From positions 26,102,001 through 26,166,000 of the forward strand of contig NC_043002.1 in assembly GCF_006345805.1 (NCBI RefSeq): 64,000 nt of DNA, in the 5' to 3' direction. Made by a program: the position numbers and the translations under genes. The stretch is from Octopus sinensis. Taxonomy: Eukaryota. Shown here piece after piece: positions 49,556 to 63,030 of the stretch. Every line of letters begins with the position of its first letter. Position 1 is the first letter of the stretch. Under the pieces are notes generated by a model. The model did not search any database, was not told the DNA's origin, and saw only the letters and a list, made by a program, of their open reading frames with translations.

Positions 49556-51170
49556 TGTTAGCTCTAGAAGTGCCTGAGTTTAGGACCACCCTTTTTAAAT
49601 CTTCAGAACTGCCATTGTAGAAGTTTGCCACCCAGAGAACAGGATGTATACGACTGCAGACTCCAGGTGCACCGTGATAACAAATTTTGGATATCTCTAT
49701 ATATGCGATTTTGTTGTTAATCCTGGCCATAGTGGTAGGTTGATTTTGGATAAAAATGTAGATGAATTTGATTTTACATTTAGTGAAGAATTTGTGGTAA
49801 TAATGGCCATGTATTTGTATACAAGATACAGGAAGACTTCGCCGATATTGTAAGACACATTTCAACTTTGTAGGCAAAGTGAACCATATAATATTTACTT
49901 TTCTTTTTCTTTTCCATTTTGTATTGTTATGATGCAGGATATATTCTACTCTATTTCAACTTTTCTTTGTTATGTTAGCTTTAATACATTCTTAAGTGGT
50001 TGGTTTTTCGTCTGAAGTTATAGTTTACTTTGGTAGCTAAAATTGTTGACAAAATCTTTTAAAACTGCAGCCAGCGTATGATTAGAATATGTAATAATGT
50101 AATGTGGGTTTCATTATATTTTCTGTAAGGGTATTATTTCGTTGTCATTACGTCCCAAGTCATATAGAAAGTTTATAACACATATTACTCTTAATGCTAA
50201 ACTTTAAAATAAATGCTTTGAAAGTTTAAAAAGAGATCAGATTATAATATAAAATTCACCATCAGTGAATCCTATGAATTTTTTCTTCTCGTAGATGTTT
50301 CTCGCACAATTTTTACATTCTCCTTTTTACCATTTATGTATTTTAAATTAATGTTTAGTGAAATAGGTTTTTCTTCAAATAGTATTTATGAGAATGCTAT
50401 TTTATTTTCGGTTAAAGGCTCCGTGTATATATAAAGAGTACTTAGCAATTTACGACCGATATAAATATGACTGGGTGTAAGAAAGAAAAAAAAGACACAA
50501 AATAAGCGATTTAGAGACTAAGTAATTTTTATCTGATGGTAAAAATCTTTATTCACTGACGTTAGTAGCTCTACGATTACGAAGCTCACACAATGAGAAA
50601 ATTTATGAGCTGCAAAAGATTTTTAAACTAATAGATTGAGGATGTGCAGAAAGAACATGATAAGAATGGGTTGAGCGTGAATCTGCATGGCATCTGATGA
50701 TTGTGGTTACAAAATTAAAACATTTTAAATGTACACTGATGGGGTGATGGAATTTTAAGCACCATGATTTTCTTATTGATGTGTATGCAAATAATACAAA
50801 CAAATTAGTGTTGGTATAACATATATACACACATGCGCACCCATATAGTTTTATGCATATAAATACATATATACATATATAGGCATACACACACATATAT
50901 ATATATATCTGTATACGCATATATATATATACATACATATATATATAGGGAGAGTTTATATATATATATAATCAATATTCTTATCTCTTATATATATACT
51001 TATATATATATATACTTATGATGTGAATGAGATAATATATAAGAGATAAAAATATTGATTACCGGTTGGTGGCTTATATTGTAACACAATCAGGACATAG
51101 GATTTATTGACATAGAATGGCCGCAATTATTTTCACGTAATCTATATATTGTAATTACGTTACCTAGATG

Positions 51171-51227
<57 letters not shown>

Positions 51228-51239
51228 ATATATAGTCAA

Positions 51240-51380
51240 ATCGAAGGAACCAGCATTAAAAATAACAATACCCAACAAGAAGAAGACGCTCAGTAAAAGA
51301 GAGAGTTTTTGATGTTTCGAGCTTATCTCTTCGCCAGAAAGGAAAAAAGGGAAAAGTCTAAAGAATGGAAAAATATCATC
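51240..51380 (-). mobile_element. Degenerate member of the (TA)n-associated minimal hammerhead family
   Basis: Minus 51340-51308: ttt-CTGGCGA-A-GAG[ataag]CTC-GAAA-CATC-aaa. Confidence 0.5.
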
Positions 51381-51405
51381 ACCAACAGTACGCGTGTATT
51401 AACAT

Positions 51406-51439
<34 letters not shown>

Positions 51440-51724
51440 ATATATTAGCAACGCTAGTAGGGTGGCGGAACATAGAGAATAAATCTGGAGAAGCCAACAG
51501 GGGACTGAAATATGACACTACATCCTTTCATACCCAAGAACGCAGAAACACATACATATTTATACACATTCACAACTACTCACATGAGTGTACTCTAAAA
51601 AGGAGTACACTTTTTACTCCTTTCCTATAGAAATTTGAAGACTAGACGACTTCGGTACCAATAACCCTGACAACAACTCCAGTAATGCTAGCTCTGGAAC
51701 CTCAATAAAAACTCCAAACAATAA

Positions 51725-51915
51725 TAATCCTTTTATTATAGGCACAAGGCCTGAAATTTTGTGGCTGGGAATTAGACAGAGCTCCACTGGCCCTTATTTT
51801 ATCGACCCTAAAAAGATGAATGGCAAAAGTCAACATCGGCGGAATTTATAAAACTGACGAAATTCCACTAAGTGTTGTGTCCCGAGTGTTAACGAATTTG
51901 CCAGCTCAACGCCTC
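51725..51915 (-). mobile_element. SINE type B, degenerate
   Basis: ataggcacaaggcctgaaattt..ttttatcgaccctaaaaagatgaatggcaaaagtcaacatcggcggaattt. Confidence 0.7.
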
Positions 51916-52057
51916 GACAACAACAATAATAATATGTATAGCAAGAATAGCTCTCCAGTAATAGCATTCCTGTTTTAAATCAAGGTCAAGAAAGCCGGTG
52001 TTTATCAAATTGCTAAATTTATGGAGTGAGCTTCAAATAATCTATCGCAGGATAGAT

Positions 52058-52095
52058 AGCCATTTTGTATTTTGTATACAAAATACAAAATGGCT
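52058..52095. other. Perfect 38-bp palindrome without a spacer
   Basis: agccattttgtattttgta|tacaaaatacaaaatggct. Confidence 0.95.
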
Positions 52096-52140
52096 GATCG
52101 TTAGTAAGGAAGACACACAAATAAGAAAGAAGAAAGCAAA

Positions 52141-52185
52141 GGATCACTGATGAGGTCACAGAAGTGTGACGAAAGAACTCTGGCC
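52141..52185 (+). ncRNA. Type I hammerhead ribozyme motif with intact core
   Basis: ggatca-CTGATGA-g-GTCACA[gaag]TGTGAC-GAAA-G[aa]C-TC-tggcc. 6-bp helix II, CUC site, helix I a-t, c-g, t-g, mismatch, g-c. Confidence 0.7.
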
Positions 52186-52353
52186 GAAATACGATTAATG
52201 TAAAAAATAAAGTAAAGCCGAAGCAAATTAACACCAAATATATAGTGCGTGTGTTTGGCAACATGACCATCCCCAACTACAAAGATATTTGTTTCAACAC
52301 ACGATTTCACATCAAGAATCTTGCAAAACGAACATATAAACGTATATATATTT

Positions 52354-52590
<237 letters not shown>

Positions 52591-55500
52591 TAGACACAAA
52601 CATACATATATGTAAGTATGCATGTGCTTACTATCAGATATCCCCGACCTTGCTAGGGTTTATTATAACCTAAAATAAATATAATCATATGTATAATCTA
52701 TATTTTGGCAAAATTGCTTTAATAAGATGGCAGTTTTAATTTCACTTGGGAATGTTGATTTACTCTGAATGATTACATTCTTGTAATTCAGATGATTGCG
52801 TTTAATGAATTTCAGAAAAGTGTGTAATGATGTAAACAAATATTGGACATAAACAATATTTAACTCTGATAGTTTTTATTTATTACATTGGAAGCTATGC
52901 ACGTTATTAAAAAGGTGTACTTTATACACACGCGTGCACACACATTTATACACACATATACATATTTATAAATATATATTTATAGTATATACGTTACTAT
53001 AAGATATGCGTACATATATCTATCTATACATGTGTGTGTATGTGTATTTTTGTGTGTGTGCGTTTGTGTGTGTCTGTGTATAGATGCATACATATATGCA
53101 CACACAAGCACTCATATATATAAGCAGGTATACGTTCTTTCCGTTTATTCGTTTATTGCTTGCTATCGTTGGGTCATGGCCACATAGAGGAACCAGTTTC
53201 CAGGTTTCTTTATTTGCTCTATTAATTCTTTTATAAATGACAGTTGTTCTTTAGATGTGTTATGTAATAGCATAACTCTTGTAAATGGTACCTTGCATAC
53301 TTGGCGGATCTAGTATTCTAGATAAATATTTGCTATCATTTATAGATAGTCGTAAATTTCTAGAGCGCATATATTGTTCTCTTTTCTGGCCTTCCTTTTC
53401 AGAAACACTATAAGGTATACTAAATCCCTATCTATAAAGGAAGTAGCGTCACATGCTAACATTTCTTTCTTCAGGTTCTCATATCAATAAACTATGCAAT
53501 AAAATTTAAGATCTTCCAATCATATACCTGCATCCCAAAACTGAATACAAAGCTTGACTAGAGTTCCTGACATCCTGAAAAGATGCGTAGAAATGTTCCA
53601 TCCTTTCAGCTTAGATCAGCTTCCTTCAAAAGGTTGCAATCTTTTGACTAGGCATATTTTCAAATGGCACTGTTTTAAAATTAGCCACTCATTCGACTAA
53701 GCAGATTCAAGCTACACATTTTAAATCAGTGGAAAAAGCATTGCGGCTTACATTTCATTTGTTAATGTTGATCTAGTCAAAAGTAATATTAAATTCACAA
53801 AGCAGCTGGCTTTGCATCGGACATGTACCATTGACGGAAGCGTATTAACGTGTCTTGTGTACAGAACAAATCTTATGCTGTGAAATATTCTTTATGTGAA
53901 CAAAATATGATGTCAATTAAAAAATGAAATCGATGAAAGTATAAATGTTTTTTCCTTTTTTTCTAATGTTAACAATTGGAATGACATTTTCAAATTTAAC
54001 AATGTGAAAAGTGTCGACATTGAATGGAAAATTAGTTTAAGGCAACAAAATAGTTTTAATTAAGAGTTGATTAAAATGAGATTTTCCAATAATTTATTAG
54101 GTGAAATTCAGTGTAACATTTCATATTATTATAGAAAAGAAAACAAAAGGAAACTTTAAATATTTGACAGTTGAAAAAACAATTAAAATATTAAGTCAAT
54201 AGAAGATGTGAATTAATAACATCTGACTTCCATTCTTTCCTTTTTTTGCTTTGAGATAAAAACATGTAGTTAAAAATTTCGCTTCACAACCACACGGTCC
54301 CAAGTTCGATCACACACCAGTGAAAATGTAGTAATGTAGTATTTATTACTGCTATATTTTGCATTGTTTTTTTAGCTCCGAACGAGCAGATGAACAGCTA
54401 AACATGTTCCAGCTTTGACCATCCTGTTTTTTATATATATATGTAAATCTATGTTGTCTATGTAGGCGCTGTATGTCTCAATAGTGGAAATAGAAGTTTG
54501 CTTTACCACCAAAAGGGTTATGAGTTCAATCGCAAACCGTGGTATTTTTGGAAAATGTCATTTTCTATAGCCATAAGTTCACCTGTACGATTTGAGTGAA
54601 AATGGGTTATTGAAAACTATAGAAGCCCGTTGGGTAGATTGAATCTGCATACAAAAAGTACAGCGGTAGCAGGAGCCGCAACAACAACAGCTGCAAAATT
54701 AGTACCATCAGTACAAGGAGCACCACGACTACAGAAACCGGTTCCAGCACGGCAAGTACCAGCAGCACCCCTACCACCACAACCACCAGAGCAACAATAA
54801 CAGAAAACAGCAGCACATCCATTATTACCGCCATCAGTCTCAGTACTATTGGGATCGGTGAACCAGAAGCAGCAAAGACATCAACAGCTAGAGTAGAATC
54901 AGTAAAAGAAGAGGCAAATCCCTAGACCATAGCGGAGACACAGACGAGTTTTCCAGTCTTCGAACAGAAAAGGACAGCTTTTAGGTGTATCTTTCCCCCA
55001 ACACTAACAGAAACGCTATACATGCATCAACCAGACGCATGTCTCTTATCCTAATTTCTCGTGACATATATAGAAGGAACAATAGAATGGAGCATTACAA
55101 TTCAACGTCATTTAACATGAAAACAAACAAAACGAACAGGCCTTGACCATCACTTCATCACTTTGTAGGTTACAAAAGTACATTTAAAACAGTCAATAAC
55201 CAAACAACCATTAAGACACCATGAACAATGAAAGAAAGGCGAGAAAAAAAATGTACGAACGAACATAACCGACAGCAACAAGAACAACTCAGCCAGAAGA
55301 ACACATCAAAAACCGTAAAACACATCAAAAGCAAAAATAAATTCCACAAGAATAGGATTAACAGCAACAATAACAACAACGACAACAGCCACTATACACA
55401 GACATGTTCCTAAATTTCACCATTCATAAAACTAGCATAAATACATAAAGAGGGAATCAACGATCTCTCAGTTATACGTGACAGACTCCAGAAGTATATA

Positions 55501-55929
55501 AATATTTGTTGTTGAGGTTCCCGCATGCGTGAGGCTTTTTAAACTGCAGGGGTCGTTTGGTTAAATCCAAAGCCTGGTTGTCTGCGTTCAATGGATTAAT
55601 TATGTAAATACCTACTTGAATTCCGCTTAATATATGACGTCTAAAAGTCGGTAGAAATAAATCCGTTTCTTCCGCGATCGGCTTAGAGATAAGGTCGCTT
55701 ACTTAACAGCTTAAATCATCATATATTTTTAAGACCAGGATTTCTGGAACAAATGCACTTATGCCTAATTTTGATTACTAAGAAGTGTACGCATCTTTAC
55801 GTCAGATCTCTTTAAATGCGTGGGTACACTGCTTCAGAAAGTCATGCTCCCGAGATACTGACGATCTTTCTGTATCCATATAGCTACTTCTTGGTCCAGG
55901 GTGTGATCTGTAGGTCTTGAGATGGTTTA

Positions 55930-57070
55930 TGTATTCACTGAAACATAACTAGGAGACATTGGTACTTTATAAGTGAGTCAATTAAGATAGATTATAGGCG
56001 ACCGATGTTGGCAATTTGAAATGATATAAAAGAGTTTCTAGTATTAGAGCAGAAACAGTTTATACTACATAATGGCTAATTATCAAACCTGGAATTAGTA
56101 GAAATTAAAGAGGAGACAGAAAATTCATCGGGTAATACTTATAAATCTAAAATTAATGTAAGTGAAGAGACTTAAAGAAGTGAAGAGATGGAGAGAGAGG
56201 AAAAATTGAAAATGAGATAGGAGTGTTGGATTGATAACGAAATCGAGTTATTCGGGGAACATAATGGAGCAAAATAGCAACACAAACTTGCCAAACAGAG
56301 AACAGATGCTAAAAGGGTGGCAAAAAAATAATGAATTCGACAATATTATGGAATATGTACTACTTACATTCTCCTTGGATTTAAATAAACTGTAGAATAC
56401 TATAGTAGAAGTAGCAGCAAACAGATATTGGCTTGAAGGTGAACGGAGAACAGACAGATGAATATCAGGGTAGAAAAGACGGATAGAAGATAGCATCAAG
56501 AGCTTGAGATGGAAAGTGACAGCTTTTTAAGCTTCTTAAAGAAAGTGCTCTAAGGAAAGAAAGAATCATTAAGATATTAAAAAGAAAATGTAATGCTAAA
56601 TAAGAGAACGAATAAATATTATAACTGAAGAACTGAAGCAAAGGCAGCTAAGTTATATATGAGACTAGCATTTCAAAATAATCAATAAAGATTGTATGTA
56701 AAATTGAAGGAGTAGAAATATATAGTGACAGAATATCAGATGCAGAACAAAGCAAAGATTTTGAGTATAATGTGGAGCACGAAACGTAGTCACAATATAG
56801 AGGTTGACTTGATAGAAGTATAAAGTGGGAAATATATAATAACTGTGCTATATAAGAAACACTTCAGAAATCGGTCTGAGACAAGTTTCAAATTAATCAG
56901 CTGCGTGATCCTCGGCTCGGATGGACAAAAATAGTTCTAGCTGAAGAACATTGAAAGACATAGGCAAGAGTTGGATTAGTTATTATATCAAAGTCAATGA
57001 GTGAAATTACTCAAAACTGGCTGATGAAAGGTTAGATAACCAGAAGTGGATATTAACCAGGTGACAGAGC
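55930..57070 (+). mobile_element. Degraded R4/Dong-type N-terminal domain and RT start
   Basis: Remnants RRIE..IK.LR; EELKQR; FQNNQ.RLY; DAEQSKDF..MWS; GSDG..F*LK; NWLMKG, with many stops. Confidence 0.6.
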
Positions 57071-57954
57071 TACTTTTTCGATCGAGCCTGTGTATATATA
57101 CTGTGTATATATACTTGGGAAGCTAGAAATGCTATTTTCACTTGACTCCTTATACTTGTTAACAGGTTTTCTAATATTTATTTTTCTAATAATTTTTGAC
57201 AAATCATTGGTATTATGCAATTAAAATAAAATTCATCCTTTCTCCTTTTGAACTTGACCATGTGAGGAGTCATTAGTTACCTGTTGGCTGGATGCCTGTC
57301 AGGTGAGTTTGACAGTATTTGTTATAAAGTGTTTCTTTTCTCCATTGTCTTTGGTATATTATGAAAATCTAATTTGATTTTGTCTTTCCTCTCCTACATA
57401 TTTAAGATATTTTGTCTCTGAATATGTTTCATCACACCAATTAATTTGACGTTGGAACTTAATTGTTCCCTAAGAGAGAACAGTTTTGTGGTATCTTCAT
57501 CATTCCTTATCAATTTCCCTAATTTGCTAGATACAATATGCCACACGTCCTGGATATGCAACCAATAGATGAATGCGTTGAGACATTACCGTAATACTGA
57601 TTCACTTCGTCAGATGAGTATGGTTGGCAGATAGCAGTTCACATTTTGGTGCGAGAGGTTTAAATCACGATGTATGCAAGTTTATTTATATATAACAAGC
57701 CTCATCACGTTTATCAGCATATATATATATATCTTTCAAGATCGTTTGCGGGAAACGTCTTGGAGTACACACATAAAAGCTCCTGCGATATCACCGGAAG
57801 AAATGAACGAATGAACAGAGATCCACCTGATGTTCATGGATATTACAAATTGCATTGTAATCATTCCAAGAATGCGGACTACGATAAAAGGAAAACGTGA
57901 TTTGTGGAAACGCGCGTAGCGATGCATGAAGATATTTATAAATTCCATGTAAAG

Positions 57955-57992
<38 letters not shown>

Positions 57993-58017
57993 TATTATTA
58001 TTATTATTATCATTATA

Positions 58018-58098
58018 ATTGAGGTCGACTTTCATCCTTTCAGGGTCGATGAAATGAATACCAGTTACTGGGGTCGATATAATCGACTAGCCCCCTCT
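58018..58098 (+). mobile_element. SINE type B fragment
   Basis: gaggtcgactttcatcctttcagggtcgatgaaatgaataccagttactggggtcgatataatcgact. Confidence 0.75.
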
Positions 58099-58128
58099 CC
58101 ATACACACACACACACCACACACACACA

Positions 58129-58230
<102 letters not shown>

Positions 58231-58595
58231 GCTACATAGACCACCATGCTCATGATTCTTCTATTTTTATTTCCCTGTAACCGATGGTGTGTAGTTACGA
58301 TTTCCTTTTATCTGTTTACTTCCGAACTTAAATTTTCTATTAGCTTTCTATTAGTTCGAAATCTTAGAAGTTTCAATGTTTTATTTACTAAAGTATATCC
58401 CCTGATGAAACGATTCATTCAAGTTATATATGATTCAACGAAGTATGGAACTACTTTACAATTCGTTGAACTCTACTCAATAAACGATGCATGCGTACAC
58501 ACACACACACACGCACACACACACGCACACACACACACACATGTATGCATGTATGTATGTTTTAGTATATATTAAAGCTTAGAATATTCTTTTCT

Positions 58596-58970
58596 ATTCT
58601 AGGCACAAGGCCCGAACTTTTTGGGGAGGGGTCTAGTCGATTAGATCGACCCTAGTACGCAACAGGTACTTAATTTATCGATCCCGAAAGGAGGAAAGGC
58701 AAAGTCGACCTCGGCGGATTTTGAACACAGAACATAGCGGCTGACGAAATACCTATTTCTTTACTACCCACAGAGAGGACAAACAATGGCAGACAAATGG
58801 ATCAAGTCGATTATATCAACCCCAGTGTGTAACTGGTACTTATTTTATCGGCCCCGAAAGGATGTAAGGCAAAGTCGACCTTGGCGGAATTTGAACTCAG
58901 AACGTAACGGCAGACGAAATACCGCTAAGCTCTTCGCCTGGCGTGCTAACGTTTCTGCCAGCTCGCCGCC
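58596..58970 (-). mobile_element. SINE type B head-to-tail partial dimer
   Basis: Two body units joined at a repeated gacgaaatacc (about 58743 and 58913); only the right unit has the 5' head. Confidence 0.85.
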
Positions 58971-60569
58971 TTATTATAGCTTAAAATATTACATTGGTTA
59001 AATTAGAAACATTCACATGTAAAGTGCATATCGATATACAATGTTGCCTATACTGTGGAATCCATTTATGCTGCATTGTTATAGACACTCATAAAAAAAG
59101 GCTCCTCTATGCTGTAAACTTGGTCTTTCTTGCTTGCAGATGTTCCCTGCTGAAAATTGATCTCCAGCGTATTGAAAAGCCTTGCCTCAAGACATGTTGA
59201 GATTCATATCGACAAGTGATTTTTTATATATATTTTATGTCGATGGCATAATCCAAAAATAATTATATAATTATAAATGGTGAGCTAAGAGAAATTATTG
59301 ATGTTAGTCAATGAGGTGAATTTGGATAATTTTGGTAGGCGGTGACAAATTGAACGCAGTTGCAATTAAATCTTCAACGAATTGAGATTTGTTCATTAAA
59401 GAAAGAATGAAAAAGAAAACCAAACAAAAATAAAACTAGCGGCAATCGTTCGTGATTCTCAAAGATCGGGGAAGATGATTTCTTGAAATGAAGAATTACT
59501 TTCACTGAAAATTAAATTTTTACACTTAGAGTCTGATCTTTGTGAACAGACAAGTTGACAGATTTCATGAAATAGAGAATTAATTTTAGAGGAAAAATGA
59601 AATTTTTATGCTTAAAGTCCGATCTTCCAGAACAGAAACGTTGAGAGTTTCGGGCATATTTCGTTCTCTTTTAACATTATCAGCAAAGCAAAATTTTTCA
59701 TTGATGGAGCTCAGTTGTGAAGACTATAATGAACTAAAACATTTGATGATGATATCATAATTATGCATGAAATGAGCGCTGTCTAATGTCTGATACCAGT
59801 GGAATATTTAAAATGTAAAGAATTATAATGCAATTATAAATATATTACTTTTCCGAACCTTGAATCGAAATGCAATGACATGGTAAACATGTAAATTAAA
59901 ACAGTCACAAGATTTGAGGTTACATTCAAATAAGTGAAGTTATATTTTCCCTATGACCTGCACGCTATACGCAGACATAAGTCATTGCTATAAATGGATA
60001 AAAATCAAAGACAGTCAGTAATTATTCAGTATCATGTCAAACGTTATATTACGTGTAGACTTTAACTGATACGTTTTTTATAACTGATACATTTATTTCT
60101 ATTTACATCTCAGTATAGGTGTGAAACAGATAAACATACGCATTTACACACGCATATATACATATATAAGCACATGCACGCACACACATATATGTATGTG
60201 TGTGTATGTGCATCTATCTATCTATCTATCTATCTATCTACCTATGTATGTATGTATGTATATATGTATGTATGTATGTATCTATCTATCTGACTCTACT
60301 TAATTACACACAGAGATACGCGTGCACACACACAACACACACGCACGCACGTATGTATACGATGGCTGCAACTCGATTTCATATGATGCCATCACTTGTT
60401 TGTGCTATCATTAACAGTACAATCTATCCACAAGCTGCAATTTCTGTCCATGCACCAAAATGTTTGGATCAGAGTAGGCTTTACCTCGTATAAGTTGGTA
60501 CATTACGTCTGTTTTGTAGACTGATTTTGATTTACGTGCAAATGCCATCAACAAAAAACCTTAACAAAA

Positions 60570-60900
60570 TACGATGCGAGTTGGTGCTAATATATCCTTT
60601 TGCTTAATACCGATAATAACTAAAATTGGATCAGATAGTCACATTCACACATGCTTTCATTTCATCATGGAAACGACTGAGTACAGTGAGAAACTTGTCG
60701 GGACATCCATTCCCATCATTTTTGAAACCTCACTGAATCTCTTGGAAGGTTCGATCAGCGATGTTGCTGAAAAGTCTGTTCGGATTGACCCTACACAACA
60801 CCTTACCTAAAACAGGGAGAAAACATATTCCATGGTAACTTTCACAGTTTTCCTTCTTCTCTTTCATTTTATAGAGAAACAGTTTGAGGGCATCTTGTAA
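60570..60900 (-). mobile_element. Degraded RTE RT fragment with internal deletion
   Basis: CESYHGICFLPVLGKVLCR..NRL..FQEIQ*GF; GCPDKFLTVLSRFHDEMKACV..SDPILVIIGIKQKDILAPT. Confidence 0.75.
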
Positions 60901-61289
60901 TTCATTTCAGACACATTCTCTTCAATATTATTGAGCTCTTTGTTTCTCTGACCCCACACTCTATTATCTCCAATGTACACCTTTCCTCCCATCACACTCC
61001 TTCGCATACGTCAGTAACATACAGTCATCTCCAGCAGAACTAACTCCCGCTTTATGCATTCCTACCCTTCCCCAGCCAAGTTTCATTCACATGAAACCTA
61101 GTCAATTCACGTCTTATCGGCAATGACTTCACACTCATAGATCTTAGAAACATCATACAAAGGGAGTCATGCCAAGTGTTGTTTGCTTCCACAGATGACA
61201 ACATGTGCTATACACAAAAAAATCACAATTCACTCAAACTTTCATAAATTTGAATATCAGAACTGGAATTCCCAATACCGCTTGCAATG

Positions 61290-61560
61290 CTAAGTATCAG
61301 TTTCACTCGGAAATGTCCACGAACAGATGCACATCCCACCATAGCAAAAAGAGACAGGCCTTCTTCTTCAGATCCAGAAAATACTCCAGCTTCGACAATT
61401 ACTAACCTACAATATCAAGGTTTTTGAGGCCAACAATGTTGTATGGTCCTACATATATGGTCAAATGCTACGGATGCACACACAGATATCACAGACAAGC
61501 ATATACGAAATGACACCTATTGATACAAATCAATTGCGTAATAGTCGTCATACTCTTTTA
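61290..61560 (+). mobile_element. Possible CR1-like RT C-terminal relic
   Basis: Weak remnant ..FLRPTMLYG. Confidence 0.35.
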
Positions 61561-62899
61561 CAAGCAAGACACTGGCCCGCATATGTGCTATCCTATCTCA
61601 GCCTCAGCTTCTCAGAGCTGGTTAATTCTTTTCCGCCTCCATTGAAGTACTCATAACTGTTTGATATTTCTTCATATCACCTATATTTTGTTATCGTTTC
61701 CACTCTAACCTCTTTTTCTTCCACAGAGCGCCTGTTCCTTGCAATTTTCATCGCTGCAGCAGTTAACTTGTAGTTGTTCAAATGACACGTCAACTAAATT
61801 TATTTCTCCATTCTTGGCCGGTCTGCAGAGACCAAAGGCACGTCATCGTCATTGAACAAGATAATTAAAAAAATAAAAAAAAAACAAAAAATAACAGACG
61901 GATATTTTGTCCGTAATTCAACTGATTTTGAAAATTCTTCCGCTCTTGTGATCTGACTTTATATAATTGGTATCGAAATGTCCATGGTAATATATACCAG
62001 TAGTATTTGTATTCCTTCATATTCAAAGGATAAAGCAAACAGACTCTAGCCCAAGTTGAGAATGAATTAAAACCATAATGACGTTAACCTTATAACCGTA
62101 TAGCCAACTTTTGAACTTAGATATAATAGATTTGCCTTCCTATTTCTATTTGATGTCAGTGTTTAACCTTCAACCTTTACATCTTAAGCGTAATCGGTTT
62201 GGCTTACTTATATATCAACTCAATGGATATTCGCCAGTAAAGAATTTGAAAAAGAAGAAAAGAAAAAAAATGAACTTTATTACAACATTATAACAAAATT
62301 ATCCATTTCCGTTTTCTTTCAAGTCATTCACTCTTTTCTATGTCTAAGATTATTCTTGATTTATCTGTTATTTAGTAAGTTTGAGTTGTATTATATAGGT
62401 TTTTATTTGGAATCAACTTAAGTTTGAATGATTCTGATGAATTAGCATTTTCTTATGAACCACAATGCGAAAATGTAATAGTCCGGCCAGTATAGAGTAC
62501 AACTGAATAACGACGTAGGGAAATAAATTGGTTTGTGCTGTTTAACCCTAGGTCAGACGTGTTTGACTAGACTATGATCAAAAGCTTTCTAGCCATGAAA
62601 ACTTGGTTTTATTTTTACGACTAGCGTAGCTACGTTGTGTAATGTGTCCTAATTTTCAAAGAAGGTACTCTGTGATTTATCAGTCCCTGATAGGTAGAGT
62701 CATTGCAACTTTGGATTGCAATGTAGTATTCGTTCCAACTGTTTGCACTCTGAGTTCAAAGGGCGCCAAGATCAACTTTACCCGTCAACCTTTCCGTGAC
62801 CATAAAAAATGCAGAAGGCCAATACTTTTGGAATTGATTCCAGCTGTTACTCTACTCCTCCTCCTCTCCCTCCTTTTTATTCATCTTTCTTTCTCCGTC

Positions 62900-63030
62900 A
62901 CATTCTCTGGAAGCAATCGTCTGTATTCAGGCCTGAAGCTAAATGAACAGACATTGCTGGGGCAAAGTACCCCAAACATACTGTATGCGTCAACGACGTC
63001 CCTATGCCGACCACTGGGAGTCAAGAGATC
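62900..63030 (+). mobile_element. Possible RTE 3' end relic
   Basis: gtccctatgccgaccactgggagtcaagag (SLCRPLGVKR) resembles RTE termini. Confidence 0.35.

Noticed and set aside
49467-49877. 136-aa minus-strand ORF
   Set aside because: It partly overlaps the antisense of a Dong RT relic and has no recognisable domain.
54630-54930. Thr/Ser-rich mucin-like reading frame
   Set aside because: It looks like decayed ACC/CAG/CAA trinucleotide repeats, with no start or splice support.
59080-59220. hAT dimerisation-like FSAGNIC..R..L on the minus strand
   Set aside because: The motif is short, neighbouring frames conflict, and no TIRs were found.
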